From the IMG/VR virus record IMGVR_UViG_3300046171_000110, positions 1 to 64,000 of that record: a stretch of DNA of 64,000 bases; one strand, 5' to 3'. Shown here one piece after another: positions 18,476 to 27,903 of this stretch; the stretch's first letter is position 1, and each line of letters opens with the position of its first letter. Source of the DNA: a virus. The notes under the pieces were generated by a model. The model had not been told where the DNA came from and did no database searches. It saw nothing but the letters and a program-made list of their open reading frames with translations. The position numbers and the translations under genes are program-made.

Positions 18476-19370
18476 TATGATAAAACAGTTAGAAGAAAAG
18501 GCTTCTAAGTATGATGAATTGATTAGCGACATAGGTGAACTTTTATCTAAGTATAACGCTAACTCCAATCCAAAAGAAGAATTGGTCCATGTAGATGAAA
18601 AATGGATGGAGGCTTTCAACAAATGTCAAAAGTGGGAACTAGAAGATAGAGGAGAAAACTGGGTATGGAAAACGGACTTAATGAAAAAGTATGGTGAGAT
18701 AAATCATATATCCAATAGAGGTACATTAAACAATAGATTCAACAAGACTGCCAAGACTATGTTTAACCATACTAAGCAAGGAATCAAAAATTTTGTTAGA
18801 CCTAGGGGTTATGAGCCAACAAAAGATACAGAAGTAGAATCCGAAACTAATAACATCGAATACCAAAGAACTAGGCCGTTATTAAAAGCCGACATTTTAG
18901 ATTATATAACCGAAGGTCAAACTGTAGATATAAAATCTAAATCATACAAGAGTGATTTGTCAGTTCAGCGCATTGAAAAGATAGTTTCTTATTACGAAAT
19001 ACCTTTGAAATTTGCTAAACGCATTGCTAGATATTCTTCATGGGAAGATATTGCACAAAGTTATCTTGAACATGAAAGACAAGGGCATCGAATTGGGGTG
19101 TGGAAAAGTAGTCAGGAATTTGAAGACGCTAATTATTACCAATATGAATACACATGCTCTGAATCAAGTGAAGGTAGAGGTAGTAGGGTTCATAGAAAGG
19201 TTGACTCGAAAGGTCGTAAAAGGAAAAAACCTTGTGGTCAAAAGGGCATTCATACAACTAAACAACCAATAACTAGTGTTTCTAATCATCAAGCCCATTG
19301 TAAAAAGTGCGGCAACAAGCCGAGATTAAATCTCGGTAATGTAAGATTACTAGGGTGGCGAGTGGTGTGA
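18459..19370 (+). CDS. Hypothetical protein with C-terminal basic Zn-ribbon
   Basis: 303 aa; YTC, KPCG and HCKKCG; visibly AT-rich codons. Confidence 0.75.
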   Translation: MTKISDMIKQLEEKASKYDELISDIGELLSKYNANSNPKEELVHVDEKWMEAFNKCQKWELEDRGENWVWKTDLMKKYGEINHISNRGTLNNRFNKTAKTMFNHTKQGIKNFVRPRGYEPTKDTEVESETNNIEYQRTRPLLKADILDYITEGQTVDIKSKSYKSDLSVQRIEKIVSYYEIPLKFAKRIARYSSWEDIAQSYLEHERQGHRIGVWKSSQEFEDANYYQYEYTCSESSEGRGSRVHRKVDSKGRKRKKPCGQKGIHTTKQPITSVSNHQAHCKKCGNKPRLNLGNVRLLGWRVV

Positions 19371-19374
19371 TATC

Positions 19375-20829
19375 ATGTTACTAGCAGAAGCAGCAAACAT
19401 TTCTGAGAGTCTCAGGAAACTGTATAGGAACTACATGACTGATGCAGAGAATCGGTCTACCCACTTCCGTCACTCGATAGACATTATCAGAGAAGCGGTT
19501 AACAATGCGCTGGACGACTTGGGTGAATTGATTGAGATATTCTATCCTAAGTATTCACGCTACCCTAGGCAGTTCATTTCCTTTAGAGAATTGAGAGATG
19601 ATGTCTGTAAGAAGTTATCAATCTCTCCCCTAGTATGGGATGAGTCCTTTGCAGGTAAACCAATGGTGCCCCTGCTATCGTTGGAGTCACCTGAATACGG
19701 AGGGGAAGGGATGACAGTCAAGCAGGCACTCAATCTTATGGCTCGTGTAAGAGATGTAGGCTTTCTCGAAATTGCCAGCAAAATGCATGAGAAAGAAGCC
19801 CTACTCTTTTGGTCAAGAGCAACTGGTGAAAGGCCAATGATGCCTATCGCTAGGTTCTTGCAGATGGTTACCTACCTTACTGACGGTCGTGCTCAAAGCC
19901 TACAGTCAATCAGACAAATGATGGAAACCATGCAGCCCGCTGAGATTATTCAGAAGTTGTTTGGTGACGGTATGACTGACATGGAGATAAGAACCATGCA
20001 GCCCGGACAGGCTTTTAGTGGTCCTATCTATCGAGCATGGGACAAACTGATAGCGCCCAGTAATGTATATGCTGAGGTCATCAGCCACCCTCGTAGGTAT
20101 CTACACATTACCGAGTTCCCCAAGGGGCAGTTCAAGGGAGTCCTCTACAACAGAGACAGGCAGGTCATCGGTAAGACTGGTAACCTACCCCTTGAGCAAG
20201 AAGGTATCTTTGAGGTAGAGGCCGAAGGTGTGGAAATAAAGTCAGTCAATGACATCATGGCACTGGGTGATGACTGGGACATCTACAAGTTAGATTACAT
20301 AGACAGGGTATCTTTCCTCGAAAGACTTAGTCTATCAGCACCAGTCAAGACAGGTAAAGTCATCGAGCCTTCTTCGGATATCAGCCAAATGCTTGAGATT
20401 CTGGAGGACAATGAAAGGCTGAGGTTGGTTTCTACCGGAGCCTTCTCCATAGGAGGAGACGGAGGCTGGTTGGTTCTCAAGGATGCTTTCCATGTTCACT
20501 TGCTAGTGAACGCTATCATGAGAGACGAAGAGTACAATGTTCACATTCGAGTATCATCCTTAGATGGATACGAAATATACGAGGTAGGACAGATGAAACT
20601 AAAGACCAATGTGGCTCAGCATGTAAGGCAGCGCTTAGCCCAACAGGGAGTTCTTGTCGGAATGAACTGGCTACCTGTAGATGAATACGCAATTGTGGTT
20701 ACCATGGAAATAAATGAGTTTGATTTGAGCGCCTTGTCGATTAAGAATTGTAAGGTCGAATATGTTGATGACAATCTTGGCTATAGTGATGTCTCACAAC
20801 TGACAGATTTGATAGAAATGGGGGCATAA
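19375..20829 (+). CDS. Degenerate ATP-dependent DNA ligase homologue (no KxDG lysine)
   Basis: Helical N-domain, then PGQAFSGP, EVISHPRRYLH, LYNR, NDIM..DIYKLDYIDR..LE and WLVLK, then an OB-like tail. Confidence 0.55.
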   Translation: MLLAEAANISESLRKLYRNYMTDAENRSTHFRHSIDIIREAVNNALDDLGELIEIFYPKYSRYPRQFISFRELRDDVCKKLSISPLVWDESFAGKPMVPLLSLESPEYGGEGMTVKQALNLMARVRDVGFLEIASKMHEKEALLFWSRATGERPMMPIARFLQMVTYLTDGRAQSLQSIRQMMETMQPAEIIQKLFGDGMTDMEIRTMQPGQAFSGPIYRAWDKLIAPSNVYAEVISHPRRYLHITEFPKGQFKGVLYNRDRQVIGKTGNLPLEQEGIFEVEAEGVEIKSVNDIMALGDDWDIYKLDYIDRVSFLERLSLSAPVKTGKVIEPSSDISQMLEILEDNERLRLVSTGAFSIGGDGGWLVLKDAFHVHLLVNAIMRDEEYNVHIRVSSLDGYEIYEVGQMKLKTNVAQHVRQRLAQQGVLVGMNWLPVDEYAIVVTMEINEFDLSALSIKNCKVEYVDDNLGYSDVSQLTDLIEMGA

Positions 20830-20834
20830 TTTGA

Positions 20835-20859
20835 CTTCTTTTATAAAGGTCCTAAGTAG
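20835..20859 (+). promoter_or_regulatory. Conserved viral promoter, copy 4
   Basis: CTTCTTTTATAAAGGTCCTAAGTAG about 30 nt upstream of the RFC start. Confidence 0.75.
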
Positions 20860-20874
20860 GTATGGTGTGATTCT

Positions 20875-21801
20875 ATGACTTTGAGGGAGAAATATAGACC
20901 GTCTACAGTGACAGACTTGGTTGGATGTAAAGAATTTACTGAGCCAGCCCAGTCTTGGACACTTGAGACTTGCCCACCAAACCTGCTATTTGCCGGACCC
21001 CCCGGTGTAGGCAAGACTAGTGCTGCCTACGCTTTAGCAAAGGATTTGCTGGGTGAGTATTTCGACCCGATGAATTTCATCGTAACCAATGCTAGTGATG
21101 ACAGAGGGATAGACTACATCCGGTCCCTCAAGATGATGAGCAAGCAGAAGGGAATTGGTGTAAGTCGTAGAATCATCTTTCTCGATGAGGCTGATAACTT
21201 TACAGCCCCTGCCCAAAAAGCACTCAGACAGATTATGGAAGAGAGTTACAAGACTACCATATTCATATTGACTGCCAACGACATATCGTCTATACACTCA
21301 GCCATCCTTGATAGATGTGTCAAGTACTCATTCAAGGGTATAGACCCAGAGGACAATGAGCGCCTCGCAATGATAATTGAACAGGAAGGAATGCCACAAG
21401 AATGGATGGCAAACCTCCCTCACCTAATCAAATTCACAGGCGGAAGCCTAAGACAGGCTATCGACATACTAGATAGTCTTCCAAGAGAGTCTGATGCACT
21501 CATCAAAAGCATCAAGCGAGATACGCAATATCTCAACAAAGCGGCTGTGCATCTTCTGGGAGAAGACTTCTCGAAGGTCACCGCTTATCTGGCACAGGCT
21601 CTTGAGTCTGGCCAGTCAAGACTGGGACTGCTCAAAGGTCTCAGATATCGTGCCAAGCCACTCATGGGGAGTGACGAAGAATGGCACAATTTCATGCTCA
21701 CATATGGCGAGTTCGTCATACTGGCTACGCAGTGGCCTGATGATGACTTGGCATTTGTCGAGTACTTTATAGCAAAACTGAAAAATAACATGGAGAAATA
21801 A
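20875..21801 (+). CDS. rfcS: Replication factor C small subunit (clamp loader)
   Basis: EKYRP, GPPGVGKT, NASDDRGID, IIFLDEAD, AQKALR and LDRC. Confidence 0.92.
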   Translation: MTLREKYRPSTVTDLVGCKEFTEPAQSWTLETCPPNLLFAGPPGVGKTSAAYALAKDLLGEYFDPMNFIVTNASDDRGIDYIRSLKMMSKQKGIGVSRRIIFLDEADNFTAPAQKALRQIMEESYKTTIFILTANDISSIHSAILDRCVKYSFKGIDPEDNERLAMIIEQEGMPQEWMANLPHLIKFTGGSLRQAIDILDSLPRESDALIKSIKRDTQYLNKAAVHLLGEDFSKVTAYLAQALESGQSRLGLLKGLRYRAKPLMGSDEEWHNFMLTYGEFVILATQWPDDDLAFVEYFIAKLKNNMEK

Positions 21802-21803
21802 AT

Positions 21804-23093
21804 ATGAGTGAAAGCAATGAAACACAATGGCCAGCAGATGTACTAGAACGACTGAGTGGTTACGGAGAAAGAGTAGGAAAGAAAGTAGGCGAAGCAGTGA
21901 ATGAATTTAGTGCTTGGTTAAAGGTTGAATACAGTGTAGACAATCCACTATCTGAAGACCCCTTCTACCTAACCCAGTGGAGTGAACAGTTCGTAATTGA
22001 AACCAGAAACTTGGGTGGCTCAAGCGGCGGTGGCCGTGAGACCGTTACCTTCGTTGGTATGTTTATTGGTGCAGAGAATGAGAACAGAGACCAAAGAGCA
22101 AATGTCATGGAAAGGGCTATGAGCGTATTCAAGTCCAACCGTAGCAGAGCAGTTGATGAAGGACACATTGGTATAGTCACCGCCAAGGGTGGCGAATGGC
22201 ATGTCAATGGACAACCTAGTGGTGAGAGGCTACAGGGTAGCGACCTACCTTGGTTCGCTTTTGAGCATAACGATGAGATACTTTGTCTACTGAACAAGCA
22301 GAATGATAGCCCTAAGCCTATTGCACCTACCAGTGTCAGCAGGACAATCTACTTCCTAGGCTCCGCTGAGGACAGTAACGAGATTAAGAAGTGGCGTGTC
22401 AATGTACAAGGTAACAACATGGATGCTCCTTACAAGCGATGGACTGCCTGTAAGATTCAAGTAGTTGAGCCTAAAGAAGACAGAGATACTCTTTACACTA
22501 ACAGAGACTTTGCTGAGAAAGTAGAGTACACAGACAAGTGGCTACCAGAAACACTACGCAGAGCATTCTCAGCGGAACGCCTGCTAACAGATGACAACAT
22601 GCACAATGAGTATGTTGACTTGGCTGACTTGCTTGAGGCTCACGGTGAAAGAAAGGTCATCGGAGCAAACGGTACTACATACAACCCAGTGGTTATCACT
22701 AAGGGTTACATCAGTCTACTCAACAAAGAACCTTCCGAGAGCACAGTTGACCCTACTGGTAGAAGTTACAGACTCAACATCACTAACCTAGGACTACAGT
22801 CAAGATACGGTAGAGACAGTTTCGCCTCTAGTGTAACTGTATGGATTCCCGGTAGAATGAATGATGAAGACCATCCGTTTGAATATGAGTTAGATGGTAT
22901 CGAGGGTAACTGGACTCCTTATGCAGAGAAGACACAAGTAATCATCGTCGGTAGATTGAGAATCCGACCTTACAAAGACGAGATGCTACCGAGCATTGGT
23001 GCTCTGGGTATCTATGTTCCACACAAGACAGCAAGACCGTCTGGCGGTACAGGTAGCACAAATCTAAATCAATTCGGAGGTGACCAGCAATGA
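21804..23093 (+). CDS. Replication-module protein, possibly an OB-fold ssDNA-binding (RPA-like) protein
   Basis: Beta-rich C-terminal region (VTVW...VIIVGRLR); sits between RFC and the ATPase. Confidence 0.5.
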   Translation: MSESNETQWPADVLERLSGYGERVGKKVGEAVNEFSAWLKVEYSVDNPLSEDPFYLTQWSEQFVIETRNLGGSSGGGRETVTFVGMFIGAENENRDQRANVMERAMSVFKSNRSRAVDEGHIGIVTAKGGEWHVNGQPSGERLQGSDLPWFAFEHNDEILCLLNKQNDSPKPIAPTSVSRTIYFLGSAEDSNEIKKWRVNVQGNNMDAPYKRWTACKIQVVEPKEDRDTLYTNRDFAEKVEYTDKWLPETLRRAFSAERLLTDDNMHNEYVDLADLLEAHGERKVIGANGTTYNPVVITKGYISLLNKEPSESTVDPTGRSYRLNITNLGLQSRYGRDSFASSVTVWIPGRMNDEDHPFEYELDGIEGNWTPYAEKTQVIIVGRLRIRPYKDEMLPSIGALGIYVPHKTARPSGGTGSTNLNQFGGDQQ

Positions 23094-24139
23094 GTGGTTG
23101 GGGAGCGTTAGCAGAAGGAAATAATCAGACAAGTTTGTCTGAGATTGAACAAGTTGTTGAGGAAGTGATGGAAGAGCCAGTACAGGCACCTAGTCCTGTA
23201 CAAGAGGCTCCTACTCAACAGCCGGTCACCTCCACCCAATTTGTCAGTAGTTTTCCTGACATAGAAGCAGAGATGAAGGCTCAATCTAACAACCCTGTCA
23301 TATCCCCTAGCAGCATCTTCTGTGGTGTTGTTGGACACGAAGGTACAGGTAAGAGTGGTGTTGTATTCGACGCTCACTTCAATCGATACCCAGATAGTTT
23401 GATGATGGCCATAGACTTCGACAACGGAGCACTATCATGCAAGCAGGCTCACTACAGGGACAGTAACAATGTCAGAGTATTCAGCCCTTGGGTAATGCAG
23501 ATGGAAGACAGAACCGCTTACAACTATCTACTCACTTTCCAAAGAGTGATGGACATTGGTAGATATGCAATTGAATATGCAGAGCGACAGCAAAAAGCAG
23601 ACTTCGATGAGCCTCTTTTGAGGACATTCTTTGTCACTGGTGTAGACCAATTCGATGCCATGTGTATTGATTGTATGAAGATTTACGACCTAGATATGGA
23701 TGCAAAGGATGCTATCGAGGCAAGCCACTCCAAGTTGAACCAAGAGGTTGGTTGGAACTGGAACATTCGTGCTACACGATTTAAGCAACTCACAGGTATC
23801 TGTAGGAAACTGAACGCTTTGGGTGTAGATGTTTACTGGGAAAGCCATCTGAAAGAAGACAAGGATAGTCAGCCAGAGTTTGAAGGTTGGAAGTTTGCTT
23901 GGCACTCTAGTGCTAACAAAGACCTATGGCAGATTGTCTGGTGTAAGGCTAAGAAAGTTAGAAACAACGACGGCTCTACTACAGGAGAAACGCAACACAC
24001 TGCTACCTTCTTCAAGTCTAAGTTGAATCCTAATTTGCACAATCAAGAAAGAGTTTACTTCGTGACCAACAAGGGAGAAGATGCCAAGTGGTATGGACTT
24101 CCTGAACTACGAGACGGAGCAATTGGAGGAGTGCAATAA
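23090..24139 (+). CDS. P-loop ATPase (AAA_24/Sak4/RecA-like)
   Basis: GHEGTGKS Walker A; IDFDNG; VYWESH. Confidence 0.7.
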   Translation: MSGWGALAEGNNQTSLSEIEQVVEEVMEEPVQAPSPVQEAPTQQPVTSTQFVSSFPDIEAEMKAQSNNPVISPSSIFCGVVGHEGTGKSGVVFDAHFNRYPDSLMMAIDFDNGALSCKQAHYRDSNNVRVFSPWVMQMEDRTAYNYLLTFQRVMDIGRYAIEYAERQQKADFDEPLLRTFFVTGVDQFDAMCIDCMKIYDLDMDAKDAIEASHSKLNQEVGWNWNIRATRFKQLTGICRKLNALGVDVYWESHLKEDKDSQPEFEGWKFAWHSSANKDLWQIVWCKAKKVRNNDGSTTGETQHTATFFKSKLNPNLHNQERVYFVTNKGEDAKWYGLPELRDGAIGGVQ

Positions 24140-24290
24140 GACAGACTCATGGGGGTTTATCAGATAATAACGGGGAAATTTTCCGACTCACTGAGATAGT
24201 GGCATAGGTTTTCTTTGGCATTTGCGTGTTATTTTCCTCTTCTCCATGAACCCGTTTCCCCCGCCTCTTCGAGGAAAACTTTCTGAAAAG

Positions 24291-24308
24291 TTCGGAAAAT
24301 TTTCCGAA
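24291..24308. promoter_or_regulatory. Perfect 18-bp palindrome TTCGGAAAATTTTCCGAA; candidate operator
   Basis: Self-complementary and intergenic, just upstream of the clamp gene. Confidence 0.5.
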
Positions 24309-24345
24309 AAAAAAGATTTCCAGTCTATAGATGAGAGTGATAATT

Positions 24346-25107
24346 ATGGTAGATTTTACAGTAAGTAGAGAAACATTCAACAACTTCTTAGGGAGTTTTG
24401 GTAAAGACCTAGGTGACTTGGTTATCAAAGTTACAGCCGAAGGGATAGTAGCGTCAGTAGGTCAACAGACCCACTACATTCGTAGGAAAGTAGATTGCGG
24501 TACTGGTCAGACAGGTAACATATATGTTAGCGACATACCGAAACTCAAGTCCTTTATTGCGACAGCGAAGAGTGCTGATATGACAATCAATCAAAGTGCC
24601 AAGACGGGTACACTACACATACAGGGTGACAAGGCTAGTCTACAACTACCTACATCATCCTACATCAAGTCCCAAGAAATGGTTGGCTTGATGGAAAGAC
24701 TCATCCGTCAATCGGAAGACAGTATGTGGCAGAAGTGGGCTAATCTATCACTTAACTACCATGCTAGAGTTGCATCCGAATCGCTGAAACCAGCAACAGG
24801 CTTCAAGAAAGTCTTGGGTGACAAGTACTCTTGTAAGACTGAGTTCGACCCACAAGGGCAGGAGTTAGTCATACGAGGAGGCAAGTCGGCTACCGGCAAG
24901 ATGTTCGTGCGGGCTCCTCTGAGTAGCATCGCTTCGCCTGAGATTTCCGCAAGGTCGGCATTTGACAAGTGGCTTCCAGAGTTATTATCTAATCTACCTA
25001 ACGGTGAGTTGAACCTGTATACAGGTGATGAGACAGTGCTTGTATTAGAGCAACCGTCTACCAACTTCCTAATGGTGATAATGGACCAAGAATACGAGGA
25101 GGACTGA
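24346..25107 (+). CDS. Divergent PCNA-like sliding clamp
   Basis: About 253 aa; PCNA-like N-terminus (FNNFLGSF..DLVIKVTAEGI); lies between RFC and PolB. Confidence 0.6.
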   Translation: MVDFTVSRETFNNFLGSFGKDLGDLVIKVTAEGIVASVGQQTHYIRRKVDCGTGQTGNIYVSDIPKLKSFIATAKSADMTINQSAKTGTLHIQGDKASLQLPTSSYIKSQEMVGLMERLIRQSEDSMWQKWANLSLNYHARVASESLKPATGFKKVLGDKYSCKTEFDPQGQELVIRGGKSATGKMFVRAPLSSIASPEISARSAFDKWLPELLSNLPNGELNLYTGDETVLVLEQPSTNFLMVIMDQEYEED

Positions 25108-25109
25108 AT

Positions 25110-25298
25110 ATGACTAACTACATACATGTGAATAACCAAAGAAGAGATGTCTGTTGGCTATGCGGCGGCAGACTCATTTGGGGCGCAGACTTTGACGCAG
25201 AAGACTACGGATACGAGGGAGATGGTATAGTGGCAACACTACATTGCTCATCGTGCGGTGCTGATGTGACTTATGTTTTGATTAATGAAGAGGAATAG
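25110..25298 (+). CDS. Zn-ribbon protein
   Basis: CWLCGG...HCSSCGA. Confidence 0.75.
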   Translation: MTNYIHVNNQRRDVCWLCGGRLIWGADFDAEDYGYEGDGIVATLHCSSCGADVTYVLINEEE

Positions 25299-25361
25299 AT
25301 ATGATTCGTGAATGGTTAGATTTGTTATTTAGACTGATTACCTTTGACTGGTGGGATTGAT

Positions 25362-27713
25362 ATGATAATTGATACCTTTCGACCAGACCCCACAGGTCCC
25401 GACCACATCTACAAGAGGTGGCGTGATGCTGAGGGTAATCTGATTGAAGAAACTGTTACGGACTTTGAACCGTATTTCTGGATTAAGGCTTCTACTCCAA
25501 AGCGAGTAATTGAGAGAGTCTTGAACAGATATCCCGGTTCCTATGTAGACGAGACAGATACAGCGGAAGCGCTGAGAACTGGCGACTCACTAATCAAAGT
25601 CTACGCATATCGCAACAGTGACATCAGAGACATGGTGAGAGAGTTTGGCTTCACATGGGAGGCTGACCTCAGTCTGGTCGATAGGTATCTCATTGACAAC
25701 ATATCAGAAATGCCCGAATGGAAACCAAGAGTATGGCACTTTGACCTTGAGTGGGACCCGAAGACAGATGAGACGACTGTCATGGCTGTCGTCGATTCTT
25801 ACAACAACCGAAAGGTGGCCTTCTGTTGGATGAAGGATAATCCTACGGACCTCTATGAGATGGATAACCACATCGAAGAAAAGGAGGTAGAGTACACTGT
25901 CAACGGAGTACCTGTTTCATTTACTTATGAGAGGCATCTGTATGGCTCAGAAGAAGACATGCACATAGCGTTCATGAATTACATGGATGAGTGCAATCCA
26001 GATGTATTCGTAGCACACGCAATCATGTGGGCTGACCTTCCTCATTTAGTCAGAAGGCTACCTGACCATAGAAAACTCAGTCCTCTTGGCAGGGTTATTA
26101 GACCGAGGCAAGACGGCTCGTACGACTATGTAGCGCAACCTATCATCGGTAGACTTTGCTTTGACACAGCCGCCCCGCTGAGAAGCGGTAGTGGTTTTGA
26201 AAGAGTGTGGAAAGACAGCGGTAAACCCCAATTGAAGAATCTAAAATTAGACACTATTGCTAGTACATTGGGCTACGGCGGTAAGTTCGACATGGATGTG
26301 TTCACTGGTTGGACTGAAAGGTTTGATGACTATGTTGACTACTGTATGCAGGATACCATCCTTCTCAAGAAAATAGATGAGGAAAACCATGTCCTCAATT
26401 TCTTCATGTCCTTACAAAGGATATGCGGAGTATCATTCCCATCATGTCACAATGTGACAAGATTCGCTAGAGGTCTTCTTAGTAGAAGAACTCATTGGAA
26501 AGCACCTTCTCGCTCTCGACAAGAGAAGCAAGAGTATGAAGGTGCTTTCATTCCGCCTCCCAAGCCCGGTAGATATGAGGGTGTGGCTTGTGTAGATTAC
26601 AAGGGTCTGTACCCAAGTATCATACTGAGCCATAATCTATCTTGGGAGACCCAAGTTCCAAGCCATCGTAAGAACGAGGCTAATGTCAGAGAACTACCTG
26701 ACGGTACATGCTGGATGCAGGGCACAGACGCACTGCTGCCTAAGATTGTCAATGAGATGTTTGACCTTCGTGATATGTACAAACAGAAGATGCGGGAGGC
26801 TTCTTCTGAAAATGAGAGAAACGGATGGAATACATTACAACTTGCAGTAAAGCGTGTAATGGCTTCCTTCTACGGTATGACCGCCAGTGCTTACTGGGGC
26901 TGGTCAGACTTCGACATAGCCAGCGCTATCACAGCCTGTGGTCGAAGAGCAATCAAATTCCTTATGGAAGAATCAGAGAATCAGGGTTACAGTTCCCTAT
27001 ACGGGCACACCGATTCTGCTTTCGTACAAGTACCGTTTGATGAGGCGCACGCCCTTGCCAAGCATTTGACTGAGACAGTTCAAAGAGAGCACGAGTCTAG
27101 TCATTTGATTGTAGAGTTTGAGGCTTACATGCCTTACTGGATTGTAGGCGGTAAGAACCTGTACTACGGTATTTGTTCTTGGCCACCAGAAGATGAAGGT
27201 AAGAAGAAGTCAGCAAGGTGGGGTAAAATCAGCACACTGGCTCCTATCTCTAAGAATCTGGAGAACGATGTACTGACAGCCATCTGTAGTGGTGCCAGCG
27301 AGGATGAAGTCATAGGTATGATTAGACCCATATCTAAACGCATCAAAAGAGGGGATGTAAAGTTGTCAGAAGTGGCTAGTACGACAAGGTTACAGAAATC
27401 TCTTAGTGCATACTCAGCGACTACTGGTGGGGCCGTAAAGGGTACTAGATACTTCAACGAACATCTGGCTACTACAGACAAATACGGTGAAGGTGACAGT
27501 GTTAACTGGGTCTATGTCATCAAAGCACCTGACAACTTACCACCCACTGATGTGGTAGTGTATCAGAAAGAAACAGACCTAGATGGATTCGATTTGGATT
27601 ATGACAAAATGGTCGATAAGTTAGTTAAGCAAAAGATGAAGGGTATCTTTGGCGCTTTGGATTGGAACTTAGAGTTCGCATCTGGTGCCGCACAGCCCAA
27701 AAAATACTGGTGA
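25362..27713 (+). CDS. polB: Family B DNA polymerase
   Basis: FDLEWD (ExoI), YCMQD (ExoIII), DYKGLYPS, KRVMASFYG, YGHTDS and KNLY. Confidence 0.95.
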   Translation: MIIDTFRPDPTGPDHIYKRWRDAEGNLIEETVTDFEPYFWIKASTPKRVIERVLNRYPGSYVDETDTAEALRTGDSLIKVYAYRNSDIRDMVREFGFTWEADLSLVDRYLIDNISEMPEWKPRVWHFDLEWDPKTDETTVMAVVDSYNNRKVAFCWMKDNPTDLYEMDNHIEEKEVEYTVNGVPVSFTYERHLYGSEEDMHIAFMNYMDECNPDVFVAHAIMWADLPHLVRRLPDHRKLSPLGRVIRPRQDGSYDYVAQPIIGRLCFDTAAPLRSGSGFERVWKDSGKPQLKNLKLDTIASTLGYGGKFDMDVFTGWTERFDDYVDYCMQDTILLKKIDEENHVLNFFMSLQRICGVSFPSCHNVTRFARGLLSRRTHWKAPSRSRQEKQEYEGAFIPPPKPGRYEGVACVDYKGLYPSIILSHNLSWETQVPSHRKNEANVRELPDGTCWMQGTDALLPKIVNEMFDLRDMYKQKMREASSENERNGWNTLQLAVKRVMASFYGMTASAYWGWSDFDIASAITACGRRAIKFLMEESENQGYSSLYGHTDSAFVQVPFDEAHALAKHLTETVQREHESSHLIVEFEAYMPYWIVGGKNLYYGICSWPPEDEGKKKSARWGKISTLAPISKNLENDVLTAICSGASEDEVIGMIRPISKRIKRGDVKLSEVASTTRLQKSLSAYSATTGGAVKGTRYFNEHLATTDKYGEGDSVNWVYVIKAPDNLPPTDVVVYQKETDLDGFDLDYDKMVDKLVKQKMKGIFGALDWNLEFASGAAQPKKYW

Positions 27714-27717
27714 TTAA

Positions 27718-27903
27718 ATGAGTAGAATAGAAGACGAAGTATGTAAGAAGATACAGCAAAGAGCAGAAGTAGGTAAAAGTAAGTATGGAGTTACTATGGA
27801 AACTGCGCCTCTATCTAGGCTAGAATGGCTTATTCATGCTCAAGAAGAGGCAATGGATTTGGCTGTTTATCTACAGAAATTAATTGAGGAGGAATCAGAA
27901 TGA
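27718..27903 (+). CDS. Small all-alpha NTP-pyrophosphatase (MazG-like) family protein
   Basis: R..VG..KYG.T...WL.HAQEEAMDLAVY. Confidence 0.55.
   Translation: MSRIEDEVCKKIQQRAEVGKSKYGVTMETAPLSRLEWLIHAQEEAMDLAVYLQKLIEEESE

Noticed and set aside
24147-24428. 93-aa minus-strand ORF
   Set aside because: Overlaps the clamp gene start and runs through A/T tracts, with no coding signal.
25362-27713. Intein or intron in PolB
   Set aside because: Motif spacing and length are compact, with no intein termini or insertion visible.
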